Origin: Chiloscyllium plagiosum
Lineage: Eukaryota
Length of the DNA stretch: 64,000 nucleotides
Assembly: GCF_004010195.1 (NCBI RefSeq)
Contig: NC_057757.1
Coordinates: 6,790,142 to 6,854,141, forward strand
Direction: 5' to 3'
The notes below the pieces were generated by a model. That model did no database searches. It saw nothing but the letters and a program-made list of their open reading frames with translations, and was not told the DNA's origin. Shown piece by piece: positions 1-12,959 of this stretch (its first letter is position 1; every line of letters begins with the position of its first letter). Both the position numbers and the translations under genes were made by a program.

Positions 1-615
1 TTTCTGCAGGGTTGGTAAATGGGAGAGTTGGAGCAGTTCCAGGGTTTCTGCAGGGTTGGTAAATGGGAGAGTTGGAGCAGTTCCAGGGTTTCTGCAGGGT
101 TGGTAAATGGGAGAGTTGGAGCAGTTCCAGGGTTTCTGCAGGGTTGGTAAATGGGAGAGTTGGAGCAGTCCCAGGATTTCTGCAGGGTTGGTAAATGGGA
201 GAGTTGGGGCAGTTCCAGGATTTCTGCAGGGTTGGTAGGGTTGGTAAATGGGAGAGTTGGAGCAGTTCCAGGGTTTCTGCAGGGTTGGTAAATGGGAGAG
301 TTGGAGCAGTTCCAGGGTTTCTGCAGGGTTGGTAAATGGGAGAGTTGGAGCAGTTCCAGGGTTTCTGCAGGGTTGGTAAATGGGAGAGTTGGAGCAGTTC
401 CAGGGTTTCTGCAGGGTTGGTAAATGGGAGAGTTGGAGCAGTTCCAGGAGTTCTGCAGGGTTGGTCAATGGGAGAATTGGTGCAGTCCCAGATTTCTGCA
501 GGATTGGTAAAAAGGAGAGTTGGGAAAGTCCCAGGATTTCTGCAGGGTTGCTAAATGGGAGAGTTGGGGAAGTCCCAGGATTTCTGCAGGGTTGGTAAAT
601 GGGAGAGTCGCTGCA
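1..615. repeat. 44-bp tandem minisatellite, ~14 copies, decaying towards the 3' end
   Basis: Unit tttctgcagggttggtaaatgggagagttggagcagttccaggg recurs at 1, 45, 89 and onward; the similar ORFs at 336 and 380 are offset by 44 nt. Confidence 0.97.
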
Positions 616-2008
616 GGGCAGTGGAGCCTTGAGTAGAGTCATAGAGATGTACAGCACGGAAACAGAGCCTTCATTCCAACTTCTCCGTGCCTACATTTAA
701 GAATCCTGGCAGTGGACTACTAAATTGGGAAATGTTTGGAAGGAACACCTCAATGGGAGAATGTGGCTCGGGCTTCTCGAAATAGGAGCAAGATCAATGC
801 TTCCCACTGGTTGGAGAGTCTAGAATGAGAGGGAGCAGAGTCTGAGAATGAGGGCCCAGAGCGTTCAGGAGAGATGTTAGGAAGCACTTTGACACACAAA
901 GGTTTGGAACTCTTTCAACAGCAGTGGATGATGGATCCGTTATTCAGGTTAAATCCGACACTGTCCCCATCAAACACTCTCAGGGCAGAAACCGTATGGG
1001 GTTACATTCACAGTTAATCTCCCTTCATTGTATTCCCATCTCACAATTCCAGGGAAGGGGTAGCATGGAGTTAGGTACAGAATAAAAACCCATCTGCACT
1101 GTCCCCACCATTCCTTCCCTGGCCAGGTAAAGCATTGAGTTTGATACAGAGTGAAGCTTGTTTGATGTTATCACAATCAAAACAAAAAATTAACGGAAGG
1201 TATAATTAGAGGAGAGATGCTGATTTAACCTCACTCCTTACTCTCCCCATCTGACAGACATACACACACACACGCACGCACACACACACACACAGACATA
1301 CACACACACACAAAATGGTAGAACTCCACAAATTCAACACCAAATTCTTTATTTGATTCTCTCTGTTCTAGTCTGATTGGATTTTAGATTGCTGGCTCTG
1401 AACATTCATATAGACAGTCGTCCTAATCTCATGTACCACGTCCTGCTCCCAAACAACTCGTCTAATTCCAATCCGGAGTGTGATACAGGAGTCTTTCAGT
1501 GTCGGAGAGAGGTGAGTCTTGAACCTGACCCAGGTGTGTGAATGTCCTGTCTTCATCTGACATCTAGGGATTCTTTAATGGAGCTTTAATATTTGGAAAT
1601 CCCAATATATTTGGTCATTCCGTGTCCCTGTGTAACTGTGTGAGCGAGTGTGTGTGTACGTGTGTGTGTGTCTGTGCATGTACCATCAGGGCCCAGCATT
1701 ATTGGGTCAAATATGACTTTACTCCAGGACCTATTAAATATCCAACAATACTTTCCAGATTGCGGAAAGCCAATGTGATGGCGTCAGCAAATTTGAAAAG
1801 CGCTTTTGAGATATGTTCCCCCCTCCTGTGCTGACAGAATTCCAGATCCATAATGCATTAACTTGGAAAAATAAAGACCAGGTTTGGAGGGGCGCAAGAA
1901 AGTATTTTGAGGATTGAAAACCAATAGAAACGCATTATATTTTCCAAATATTTGTCCAAATGAAGTTGCAGAGATACATATATATTGCAATCATCTTGTT
2001 TTATGTCG

Positions 2009-2013
<5 letters not shown>

Positions 2014-2041
<28 letters not shown>
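2014..2041. repeat. (TA)n microsatellite
   Basis: Directly visible. (CA)n near 1262-1312 and (TG)n near 1650-1672 are also present. Confidence 0.95.
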
Positions 2042-2046
<5 letters not shown>

Positions 2047-3381
2047 GCTGGAGAAACTCAGCAAATCTGGCAGTCTCTGTGAGAAAAGAAACAGAGTTAA
2101 TGTTTGGAGTCTGATCTTGTTCTTATTTCGTCACCTTGTTGCATCATTTTCATGTTTGCTAGTGTCCACCTTGACTTTTTCGAGCTTTCTTCAAACAGTT
2201 GGCAGAGATCAGAAAAACAGATCGTCACTGAGACATCCAACCTCTTCCCCCGGGAACTGGTCAATTTTGGGAAGTAACCACAACAAGCAATTGTGTTGAA
2301 ACGGAGAGAATAGGAGCAGGGGAAGGCCATTCGGCCCTTCAAGCCTGCCCCACCATTCATTATGATCATGGCTGATCCTTTAACCCCGTCCCCTGTTCCT
2401 GCTTTCCCCACCATACCCTTTGATCCTTTTAGCTCCAAGACCAATGTCTAACTCCTTCCTGAAGACATTCAATGTTCTGACCTCCGTCACTTTCTGTAGC
2501 AGAGAATTCCGCAGGCCCACTCTCTGGTGAAGACATTTCTCCTCATCCATAGACTGTGACCCCTGGTTCTGGACTCCCAAGACATCAGGAATATTCTTCT
2601 TCCATTTACACTGTCTAGTTGTGTGCACAGCCCAGACCATAATGGAAGCCAACCACCCATCCATGGACACCATCTACCTTCCCTGTGGCTGCAGAAAGGC
2701 TCTCAACATCATCAAAGACCCCTCCCTCCCCAGTAATATTCTCTTCCATTGTCTTGTGCCATGCAGAAGATACATAAGCTTAACACATGTAAAAAAACAA
2801 GTTCATAAACAGCTTCTTCCCCTCTTTTATAAAACTGCTGAATGGACGTCTCTCACTTTAAATCTAATGTCTATCTTGCATTGTTGACCTCTTATATCCT
2901 GTATAGCTCACTCTGTCTAAGCACCCTATGATCTTGTTTGTATGTCCTTGTTTGCTATGATCTGCCTGTACTGCTTACAAAACAAACCTTTCACTGTACT
3001 TAGGTACACGTGACAACAATAAATCAAATCAAAGTCTTGTTCGAATTTGATAGGATTCTCTGGTGTCCCCTCTCATTCTTCTAAAATCCGGCGAGTATAG
3101 ACCTTATCAATCTAGTATCTCTTCATACAACAGCTTTACCATGTGCAAAATGTCCGTATATTAATGGCTGACCCTGGGACTGAGTAAAGCAGCTAAGATC
3201 CCTGAGTCTAGTCATTGTTCAAACTCCATCTATCGACTATCTCTCCTTGAAAAAATGGTTTTTGACAAGTTCAGAAACATGACGAGAAATATTAATTCAC
3301 ATTATCAGAAAGTAGAGCATGATGTAAGCAGAGGAATGCACCGGAGAATGCATGACAACGTTAGACATTGGTGGGTTTTGT

Positions 3382-4203
3382 TCACAGGATTATTTTGGCC
3401 ATTGCAGTGAATGGATATTTTACTCCATTCCAAAACTCCTTTCGAAATGCGTTTGTACAGCAGCTCCCGTGCGAATGTTGGCACAGGAACAGAATATCGC
3501 AAGTAATTCAGTTGTCCCAGTACTGAATAAGGCATGAAGACATCTCATAGTAGAATGAAGTTGGCTGATATAACAAAGAGCAAAATGATGGATTTCCTTC
3601 GATTCTCCACCTCTGGGTCACTGGGATTCTCTCGACTTCTCCAACCTCAGAGTCTACTGTGAGCTCTGCTGGCCAGTACAATATCCTGACTGTTAATGCA
3701 TTAAACAGTAGAATCAAGAGAAATGGAACAAATTATGTCATAATATAATGTGTTAGATTCAACAACAGCCCAAGCCATTTAAAGCGATACGCCGAATGCT
3801 ACACGGCAAAACCAGGTACTGTTTGAAAGCCAGTACTCAGTGGTGTACAGAAAAATCCAAAATATGTTCTTCATAAAGCTCAGCACCGTCACACTTCCCC
3901 AAACCATATCACAATATGTGCAATATTTAGATTTTAATTTCTGGCAACAAGTGGCAATGAAACGATCAAAGGTGAACGTGACCGTGAACCAGACAGAACA
4001 GTCTGTGATGGCGTAAGCAAGACGGCATGGCTGTCACACAAACTGATGTCCCTCAGGAAAATGAATTGCTCCCAGTAGACAATCAGAATCTGCCATAGTA
4101 TCAGATTGATGATGATGATCAGTAGCAACCAGGTAGTGAGAGTCACACATTTGGAGAGACCACACTTTCCCCCGGGACAGGATGGCTATTGTCATCACTT
4201 TAA
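3382..4203 (-). pseudogene. GPR139-like GPCR pseudogene A, exon 2 (frameshifts, stops, deletions)
   Basis: Acceptor ttcctcacag|tt at 4204/4203. Fragments in shifting frames: ILSRGK, TDCSVWFTVTFTFDRFIATCCQKLKSKYCT, KNIFWIFLYTTEYWLSNSTWFCRVA, SDPEVENRRKSIILLFVISANFILL*, SCCTNAF, NGVKYPFTAMAKIIL*. Closely matches gene E (62071-62969). Confidence 0.93.
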
Positions 4204-5511
4204 CTGTGAGGAAATTGAAGAGAGGTAAATTATCCACACTTGTGGAAATAAAACCAGTTTTTTAACGTGTTACTGAAACATAAAGATGGCCATATAAATG
4301 CAGCCATAAACTCTTTGCTAGAACCTGAAATTGATCAAAGATTCACTTTACATCCAGTGCTAGAAACGTATTATTTTACCTGTGACCATCAGTAATATAG
4401 ATATTGTTCATAATTACACCCATTAGCAAAGCATAACCATCTATATAATAAATGGGATAACATTTCAAAGAAAAAGCTTGTATTCTCTTGTGAAAAAATG
4501 TCGAGGTTCATCTATTTGAAATACTTAAAATGATTAGAGGGTTTGTTGAATAGATAGTGATAACTTACTCCCTCTTGTGGAAACTTACAGTCAAAGAGAC
4601 GTAGAGTTTTAATATGCAGTATAGTCCAGGATGACGAGAAATGCACATGAAACTGGGGTTAAACAGTTATTTTACAGAATGACACGGCAGGCTGGAGATG
4701 GCGAGTAGCTTGCTCCTGTTATAGTCATAGAGTCATAGAGATGTACAGCACGGAAACAGACCCTTTGGTCCAACCCGTCCATGTTGACCAGATATCCTAA
4801 CCCAATCTAGTCCCACCTGCCAGTACCCAACCCATATCCCTCCAAACCCTTCCTATTCATATACTCATCCAGATGCCTCTTTAATGTTGCAATTGTACCA
4901 GCCTCTTCCTAGATGTTTTAAATTTGTATCAATTTGAAAATGTGTTTGGTTATTTAGGGGTATTGTCAGTAAGCACTTAGATGCAGTAACGTAAATTGAA
5001 GATCTGCAACTATCTTCAGAGCTATGGGCCCCTGACAAAAGGTAAATCCCAGATGTCAACACTGAGAACTGATTTTATCTTTGCTAACCAAGGCTAGTAA
5101 TAGACATGGGAATAAAAGGGAAATTTAATTTAGACACAGATGAGCCATGAGTTCACAGAATGGGGCATTGTCTTTCACCAGTTGAATTATTTAGACAGAA
5201 GTTTTTTTTTATTCATTCATGAAATGTGGGAGTCTCTGATTGGCCCAGCAGTTTGTGCCCATCCATATTTAGACCGAGAGATAGCCACATTGCTATGGGA
5301 GTGGATTCACACGTAGACCAGCCGTTCCCTTCCTTGGAGGGTGGTAGTAAACCAAAAGCCTCCTTCGCCACGAATCCACAACACTTTCATTAAGTCTCTT
5401 AATTCCAGATTTTTATCAAATTCGGACTCCACCATCTGCCATGACAGGATTTGAACTGCTATCCCCAGAATATCACTTGGGTCTCTGGATTAATAATCTA
5501 GTGGGAACATT

Positions 5512-6148
5512 TGCTATGGACCAGACCAGATCCCCTCAAAATATTTGAAGAAAGTGGTCCAGACCCCAACTTTTTCTTGTTTTAAAGGTAGATGCGAAGT
5601 GCTCTGTTCCAGAATGCAATGTGTGACTGGTCATAATACTCACTTATTTAAGCACTGTTGTTAAAATACAGACAACATAAAGCAATTTAGAATAACTTAA
5701 CTATTGGAAACGTTAACTGAATAATGGATACAGTAGCTATTATTAATTAACTATTACAATATAGTAACATCCCAGAAATACATCCGTTGGCAAAAAGGCA
5801 AATTCAGACACAGTTTCTCACATGCAGTTCTCCAATCCAGGAGGAAAATAAATCAAGAGAAAATTCAGAGAGTAGCGGCTCGGAAACATTCACTGAAGCT
5901 TCCAACTCATCTGAGACCCCAAAGGCTTAAAGCTTAAAGCTAAACCTAAAAATTAAAAAGGTAACTGGAAAGCCTGGTGTCTGAGAGCTGGCCACACCCA
6001 TTCAGGCTGCTTCAATTCTTCCAACTTTATATATTAAAAAACACCAATTGTTTCCTTTCTTAGAGACAGCTCGGAACCGTTGCCATACAACCTCTCTTGA
6101 AAAGCAAACCTGGTACAAAATCACCGCTAAAAGTGACAGCATTGTCAC
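5512..6148 (-). mobile_element. Solo LTR of the Gmr1-like Ty3/gypsy family
   Basis: Similar along its length to the LTR at 36726-37332, which adjoins a polypurine tract (PPT) and pol remnants. Lies in the intron of pseudogene A. Confidence 0.75.
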
Positions 6149-6430
6149 TCACCTCTTGGCCATCGTCGCACAAAATTAATCGTTCTGGCTTCAGCAGCAT
6201 CAGTGAACGAGGGCCAATGGGGAAGGGGCTTTGAACATTTGAACTGCTGGGTTGCTCAGTTGGTGGTTGGGTGAGGCTAATGGATTAAAGCAAGGCAATG
6301 GCATGTCATTAGCGTTGTGAAACCCGTAGCTCTCATTCACACGGAGAAGGAAATGAAAGTGAGAAATGGGTCTTTGAACTCAATGTCCCCCTGGTGTAAT
6401 CTCAGGTACCCACTGCAGTGAGTCACTTAC

Positions 6431-6527
6431 CTGGCACACCGAATGCAGCCAGGATGGGGAAGTACACCATTTGGATGTCGTGCAGCGCCCAGAGAATCTT
6501 GAGCTTGATGAGAAAATCAAGCGCCAT
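6431..6527 (-). pseudogene. GPR139-like GPCR pseudogene A, exon 1
   Basis: Minus strand reads MALDFLIKLKILWALHDIQMVYFPILAAFGVP+G, then donor gtaagt. 97 nt, the same length and phase as gene E exon 1 (MPLSFLIKLRILWALYEIQKIYFPILAAVGVP). Confidence 0.93.
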
Positions 6528-7048
6528 GTCCCTTTTCCTGACGGATTGCTGCTGATGTTGAGGGCGATTCTCCGATTGACAAGGCATGAGGATTCTCCTT
6601 GCTTTTAAAACAGAGATTCCACCCGGGCGGAAATTCCGATCCTACGTTGATCGGGTTTAGTTACAGTCACTGAACAAAGAAATGGCAGAAGAAACTTTCA
6701 TAATACGATTTTCAATTCAAACAATTTAGTCACCGTTCTGATAAAGCACTGAATACAAGGACAACACCTACACCTTCAGAGACTGTGACAAGTTCAGCTG
6801 TTAGCGAGAGAAATTATCTAATTGGGCTCAAGAAATGTACGGTGAAATGATTGTTTCAAACATAATATAGAAAATTGAATCATCTGCAAACAAGCTTTTA
6901 ATTCTGATTTTTATTTAATATTTATTGCTTAGTAAGAGGCTGAAAACTTATGTTCTGGGTGTGATTATTCGTATGTTAAATGAATGTTGGAGTTCAGGCT
7001 TCTAAAACATTGAGGAAGAGCAAATAAATGTTCTTCCCTTTGTCAATA

Positions 7049-8137
7049 TAGATTAGATTAGATTCCCTATGGTGTGGAAACAGGCCATTTGGCCCAACAA
7101 GTCCACACCGATCCTCCGAAGAGTAAACCACCCAGACCCGTTCCCCAACCCTATATTTGCCCCGACTAACGCACCTAACACTATGGGCAATTTAGCAAAG
7201 CCAATTCACCTTAACCGCACATCCTTGGATTGTGGGAGGAAACCAGAGCACCTGTAGGAAACCCACGCAGTCACGGGGAGAACGTCTAAACTCCAGACAG
7301 ACCAGTGCCCGAGATGGGACTCGAACCCAGTGCCGTCCACATGTTCTTTAAACCTACTGCCCCACAGATTAATTCTATGTCCCCGAGCAATGATCACTTC
7401 ACAAGGGGAAATCTATGCCCGCCATAGTTTTACACAACTCAATAATCTGGCGAACCCATCTGGGTATCACCTCACACTTTTCCACAGTAAACTCCATTTG
7501 CCACCTCTCAGCCCAGCTCTACAGCTTATCCATGTCCTCTGTAACCTACAACATCGTTCAGCAATATCCACAACTCCGCTGCCCTTTGTGTCACCCGCAG
7601 ATTTACTAACCCATCCTTCTACGCCCTCATCTCGATCATTTATAAAATTGACAAAGAGCAGATCCCTGTGGTATCCCACTGTTAACTGGGATTCCCAGGA
7701 TGAATATTGCCCATCAACACCACCCTCTGCCTTCTTTCAACAAGCCAATTTCTGATAAATCACCCTCAACCCCATGCCTCCATATTTTGTGCAACAGCCT
7801 ACTGCGGGGAACCTTATCAAATGCCTTACTGAAATTCATATACACCACATCAACTGCTTTACCCTCATCCACCTGTTTGGTTACCTTCTCAAAGAATACA
7901 GTAAGGTTTGTGAGGCACAAAACCGTGTTAACTATCCCTAATCAACTTGTTCCTTTCTCGATGATTATAAATCCTGACTCTCATAACCTTTTCCAACTCT
8001 TTACCTAAGGTTTACTGATCTACAATTACCAGGGTTGTCTCTACTCCCCTTCTTGAACTAGGGGGCAACATTTGTTAGAACCCGGGTCTCTGGCGCTGCG
8101 AGGCAGCAGTGCTAACCACTGAGCCACCGTGCCGCCC
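7049..8137 (-). mobile_element. HE1-like SINE pieces (7049-7335, 8078-8137) around a CR1 LINE reverse transcriptase (RT) fragment (~7400-8075)
   Basis: Reverse complements of the SINE head ggcacggtggctcagtggttagcactgctgcctc and the (ctaat)n tail; CR1 RT peptide CLTNLTVFFEKVTKQVDEGKAVDVVYMNFSKAFDKVP. Confidence 0.85.
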
Positions 8138-10033
8138 ACTAATGCTGCTTCACCTGGAAGGTGTGTTTGGGCCCTTGGATACTGAGGAGGGAGGATGTAC
8201 ACGACATATGTTACACCTTCTGTGGTTGCAGGGGAAGGTACCGTGGGGCTGGGGTGGGGTACGGTGTTGGGAGCGAAGGAGGAATGGGCCAGGGTGTCCT
8301 GGTGAGAATGGTCCCTGTGGAAGGCTGACGAGGGAGGGGAGGGGAATACGTATCTGGTGGCGGCATCTCCCTGGACGTGGTGGAAATGACGGCTAATGAT
8401 CCGCTGGATGGTGATGCTGGTGGGATGGTAGGTAAGGACATGGGGGCCCTAGCACTGTTGTGGGAAGGGAGAGAGACGGCTGAGGGCGGAAGTGTGGGAT
8501 TGGTTCAGTTTCGGAAATCTATTCAGCATGCACAAGTTGGAGCAAAGGGTCTGCTTCTGTCGGTCTGCCTCTGTTCCTCAATGATTGTTTTTGATTGGCA
8601 CAGACTCTGTTGGTTGAGGAGTTCTTCTCTGTGCTGTCAATGTCTTTGATTTGTCTTTAAGACCCAGACAGCAAATGTAATGTGTGCAATCTGATCAGTG
8701 ATATCAGAGGAATGGAGAATTCTGAGTTTGTCAGATGTTATCACATTGATAAACGACCTGGGGAATAAGGGAATGTTAATACCGTGAAAAGTACTGAGAA
8801 AGAATTCCTGTGATGGACGGAATGTGGTCAGTATTGAAGTACCGTGGTGATCCGGCTGCTCGTGAGGGGCTTTGATAGTGTGGGATCAGAAAGTGAGATC
8901 AGAGTCAGCTAATTGTTCAGCTGTACAGAGTGGGACAAGGCGCTATGGGAATGTGGATTGGTTGTTTGATATAAGGGGCAGAAAGACACGGGAATGGGAG
9001 ATTATTTATTCTGAACACAAGAACACCCTGGCAGTGGTTACACTGTGCTCTGTGAGAATGACTGCAAAGTATTCAACTGATTTCCAGAAGTATTCATATT
9101 GTTGAGTTTAAGAAATCAGAATTTGTCCCCACCTATTCCAGACACTAGTCTCGTAAAGCTTATCCGTGTCGATTGCATTTACACCCTCCCTTAAACCTGT
9201 CTGCCAATAATGTACCAATTAATCCAGATGTGGTCTCACCAATGCCCTGTACAATCTGAAACATAACCAACCCACTTCTGTATTCAGTTCTCCTTCACGT
9301 AAGATCTAAGGTGCAGGAGGAGGCCATTCAGCCCCTCGATCCTGCTCTGCCATTCAATACGATCACAGTTGATCTCCTCTCAGCCTCTCTCTACTTTCCT
9401 GCGCATTCTCCCTTACTGTATATCCACTCCTTGAATGTATTCCATATCCCAGCAGCAACACTCTCCGGGGAGTGAATTCCACAGATTCATGATCCTTCGA
9501 AGGGAGTAATTCCGCCTCGTCTGTGTTTTCAATTTGCTACACTTTGGTCTAAACCACTAACGTCTCGTTCTAGATTGTCCCACAGAGGGAAGCAACCTCA
9601 GAACAAGCGAAAACATTCTATAAGCTTTCCTGATTGCTTGCTGTGTCTGCAACATGATTGACTCGACTGTTTCGAAGTGTCCTGCTATTAAGTCTTTTAA
9701 AAATCGCTCCAAATATTTAGCTCTGATGGGTGTTAAACCAACCAGCTTCTAGTTTCCTTTCCTCCTGACTCTGTCTTTTGTGGAATAAAGAATTCCATTT
9801 GCTATGTTCTAAACAAATAGGACTTCCTGGAATCGGAGAGACAGTGGAACAGGAAAAACAACATGCCCAACTATCTCAATAGCTACTTTTTTTACTGCAT
9901 TAAAAGTCTCTAGTGCATCAGGGATCAAGAGCAGCCTGACGCTTGTCAGTTGTAAGATCTAATGATTTGCGCAGCACCACTTGCTCTGTGTCTGGGGAAA
10001 GACACGGTTACTCGATGGTTAGACCAGCAGATA

Positions 10034-12203
10034 AGCCAGCAGATAAAGGGGGTGCAGTGGTAGTTTGGTGCACTGACCTCTACACCGATGAAGCCAGACG
10101 GCAACTTGAAGACAGCTCCTCCTACCACCCCCTCGACCATGACCCCACGCCCCTATGCCAAACCATCATCTCCCAGACCACACAGAACCTCATCACCTCA
10201 GGAGATCTCCCACCCACAGCTTCCAACCTCATAGTCCGGGAACCCTGCACCACCCGATTCTACCTCCTTCCCAAGATCCACAAGCCTGACCACCCTGGCC
10301 AACCCATTATCTCAACATGCTCTTGCCCCACCAAACTCATCTCCACCTACCTTGACACTGTCTTATCCCCCCAGTCCAGGAACTCCCCACACACGTTTGA
10401 GACACCACCCACGCCCTCCACCTCCTTCAAGACTTCCGTTTCCCCGGCCCCCAATGCCTCATCTTCACCATGGATATCCAATTCCTCTACACCTCCATCC
10501 GCCATGACCAGGGCCTCCAACCCTCCGTTTCTTCCTCTCCCGACGTCCCCAACAGTACCCCTCCACCGACACTCGCATTCGTTTGGCTGAACTGGTCCTC
10601 ACCCTTAACAATTTCTCCTTCGAATCCTCCTCCCACTTCCTCCAGACCAAAGGGGTAGCCATGAGCACCCGTATGGGCCCCAGCTATGCCTGTCTCTTTG
10701 TTGGCTACGTGGAACAATCGATCTTCCGTAATTACACCGGCACCACTCTCCACCTCTTCCTCCGCTACATTGATGACTGCATTGGCGCCACCTCGTGCTC
10801 CCACGAGGAGGTTGAACAATTCATCAACTTCACCAGATGAACTAAATTCACCTGAACCATCTCTAACACCTCCCTCCCCTTCCTGGATCTCTCCATCTCC
10901 ATTAATGACAACCGACTTGACACTGACATTTTTTACATACCTACCGGCTCCTATAGCTACCTGGATTATACCTCTTCCCACCCTACCTCCTGCAAAAATG
11001 CCATCAGGAGGACCAGTTCCATCACAGAACACACCAGATGGCCTCCTTCTTTAGAGATTGCAATTTCCCTTCTCACGTGGTTGAAGATGCCCTCCAACGC
11101 ATCTCGTCTGCATCCCGCACCTCCGCCCTCAAACCCCACCCCTCCAACCGTAACAAGGACAGAACCCCTGGTGCTCACTCTCCACCATAACACCCTTTGC
11201 ATAAACCACATCATCTGCCGATATTTCTGTCACCTACAAATGGACCCCACCACCAGGGATATATTTCCCTCCCCACCCTTTTCCGCTTTCCGCAAAGACC
11301 GTTTCCTCTGTGACTACCTGGTCAGGTCCAAGGCCCCCAACAACCCACCCTCCCTCCCATCTTGGCACCTTCCCCTGCCACCACAGGAATTGCAAAACCT
11401 GCGCCCACACCTCCTCCTTCAACTCCATCCAAGGCCCCAAAGGAGCTTTCCACATCATTCAAAGTTTTATCTGCACATCCACCAATATAATTTATTATAT
11501 CTGTTGCTCCCAATGAGGTGTCCTCTACATTGAGGAGACTGGACGCCTCGTAGCAGAGTGCTTTAGGGAACATCTCCGGGACACCCGCACCAATCAACCC
11601 CACCACCCTGTTGTCCAACATTTCAACTCCCCCTCCCACTCTGCCAAGGACATGCAGGTCCTGGGCCTCCTCCATCATCGCGCCCTCACCACCCGACGCC
11701 TGGAGGAAGAACATCTCATCTTCCGCCTCAGAACACATCAACCCCCATGGCATCAATGTGGATTTCACCAGTTTCTTCAATTCCCCTCCTCCCACCTTAC
11801 CTCAATTCCAACCTTCCAGCTCAGTACCGCCCTCATGACCTGTCCTACCTGCCTATCTTCCTTCCCAACTATCCACTCCACCCTCCTCTCTGACCTATCA
11901 CCTTCATCCCCACCCCTATTCACCTATTGTACTCTTTACTACCTTCCCACACCCTCCTCTCTGACCTATCACCTCCATCCCCACCCCCATTCACCTATTG
12001 CACTCTATGCTACTTTCTCCCCACCCCCATCCCCTCTCATTTATCTCTCCACTATGCAGACACCTAGCCTCTATTCCTGATGAAGGGCTTTTGCCCAAAA
12101 TGTCAATTTTCCTGCTCCTCGGATGCTGCCTGACCTGCTGTGCTTTTCCAGCACCACTTTAATCAAGACTCTGGTTTCCAGCATCTGCAGTCCTTGTTTT
12201 TAC
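10034..12203 (+). mobile_element. Penelope-like element (RT + GIY-YIG, Neptune-type), degraded and 5'-truncated
   Basis: PADKGGAVVVW, FYLLPKIHKP, MDIQFLYTSI, GVAMSTRMGPSYACLFVGY, FLRYIDD; Cys linker CHHRNCKTCAH; GIY-YIG-like region; pLTR with a degenerate hammerhead near 12074-12110. Confidence 0.92.
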
Positions 12204-12372
12204 TCAGTGGTTAGCAATGCTGCCTCACAGTGCCAGGGACCCAATTAAATTCCAACTAAATCACCTACTTTTCACTTTAACATTATGCCTCCCCTGCTAT
12301 TGACTAAGGGATACAACTGTTTTGTATCCACTCTGCCCATGCCACTCATAATCTTATACACCTCTATCAGGT

Positions 12373-12957
12373 TGTGATGATGCAGTAACTTTAAAAAGGT
12401 CCTTTGTCCTTGGTTCTTTTGAAGAGAGATTGTAAAGGCAGGGTGGCCAAAGGGTCTCGTTGGTTAAATTCCAGTGTGATGCTGTTGATCAAACCACTCG
12501 GCTTTAAGCAAAACAGAATTTATTTAAAAATTACAGTTGAAATACAAGAAAAAGAAAGCGGAATTTAGAATAATGTAACTATAGGAAATAGCTAACTGTC
12601 CAATACAATAACAATTACAAATTCACTGTTTCAATACAGCAGCATCTCACAAACATACCTTCATCCCCTTGGTAAAAAAGGTAAATTCAAACACAGATTC
12701 TTACAGGTTGGAGGGAACCACACCCAGGAGAGATTTCAGAGAAAGGTAGAGGAATCCTTTACTGAAGCTTGCAACTCCCCTGGACTCTCACATCTTATGA
12801 CTGCTCTAGTTAAAACAAACTAGAAATAACCTGAACTGGGAGAACTGGCCACTCCCCTTCCATTATTGAACTCGATCCTTCGGCCTGTCTGCCTTTATGA
12901 GCTCTCTTCAACAAATGAAGGACAAAATAGCCTTCTTAAAGTGACTGCATCATCACA
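12373..12957. mobile_element. LTR-derived element with ~70-bp terminal inverted repeats
   Basis: Starts tgtgatgatgcagtaactttaaaaagg and ends ccttcttaaagtgactgcatcatcaca. The body resembles the LTRs at 5512 and 36726. Flanks are caggt and cagat. Confidence 0.75.
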
Positions 12958-12959
12958 CA

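Noticed and set aside
1..615. CRISPR-like array, or ORFs 336-554 and 380-598
   Set aside because: Head-to-tail 44-bp units with no unique spacers, in eukaryotic DNA; the ORFs are by-products of the repeat.
1858..2299. ORFs with IYIYIY runs
   Set aside because: Translation of a (TA)n microsatellite.
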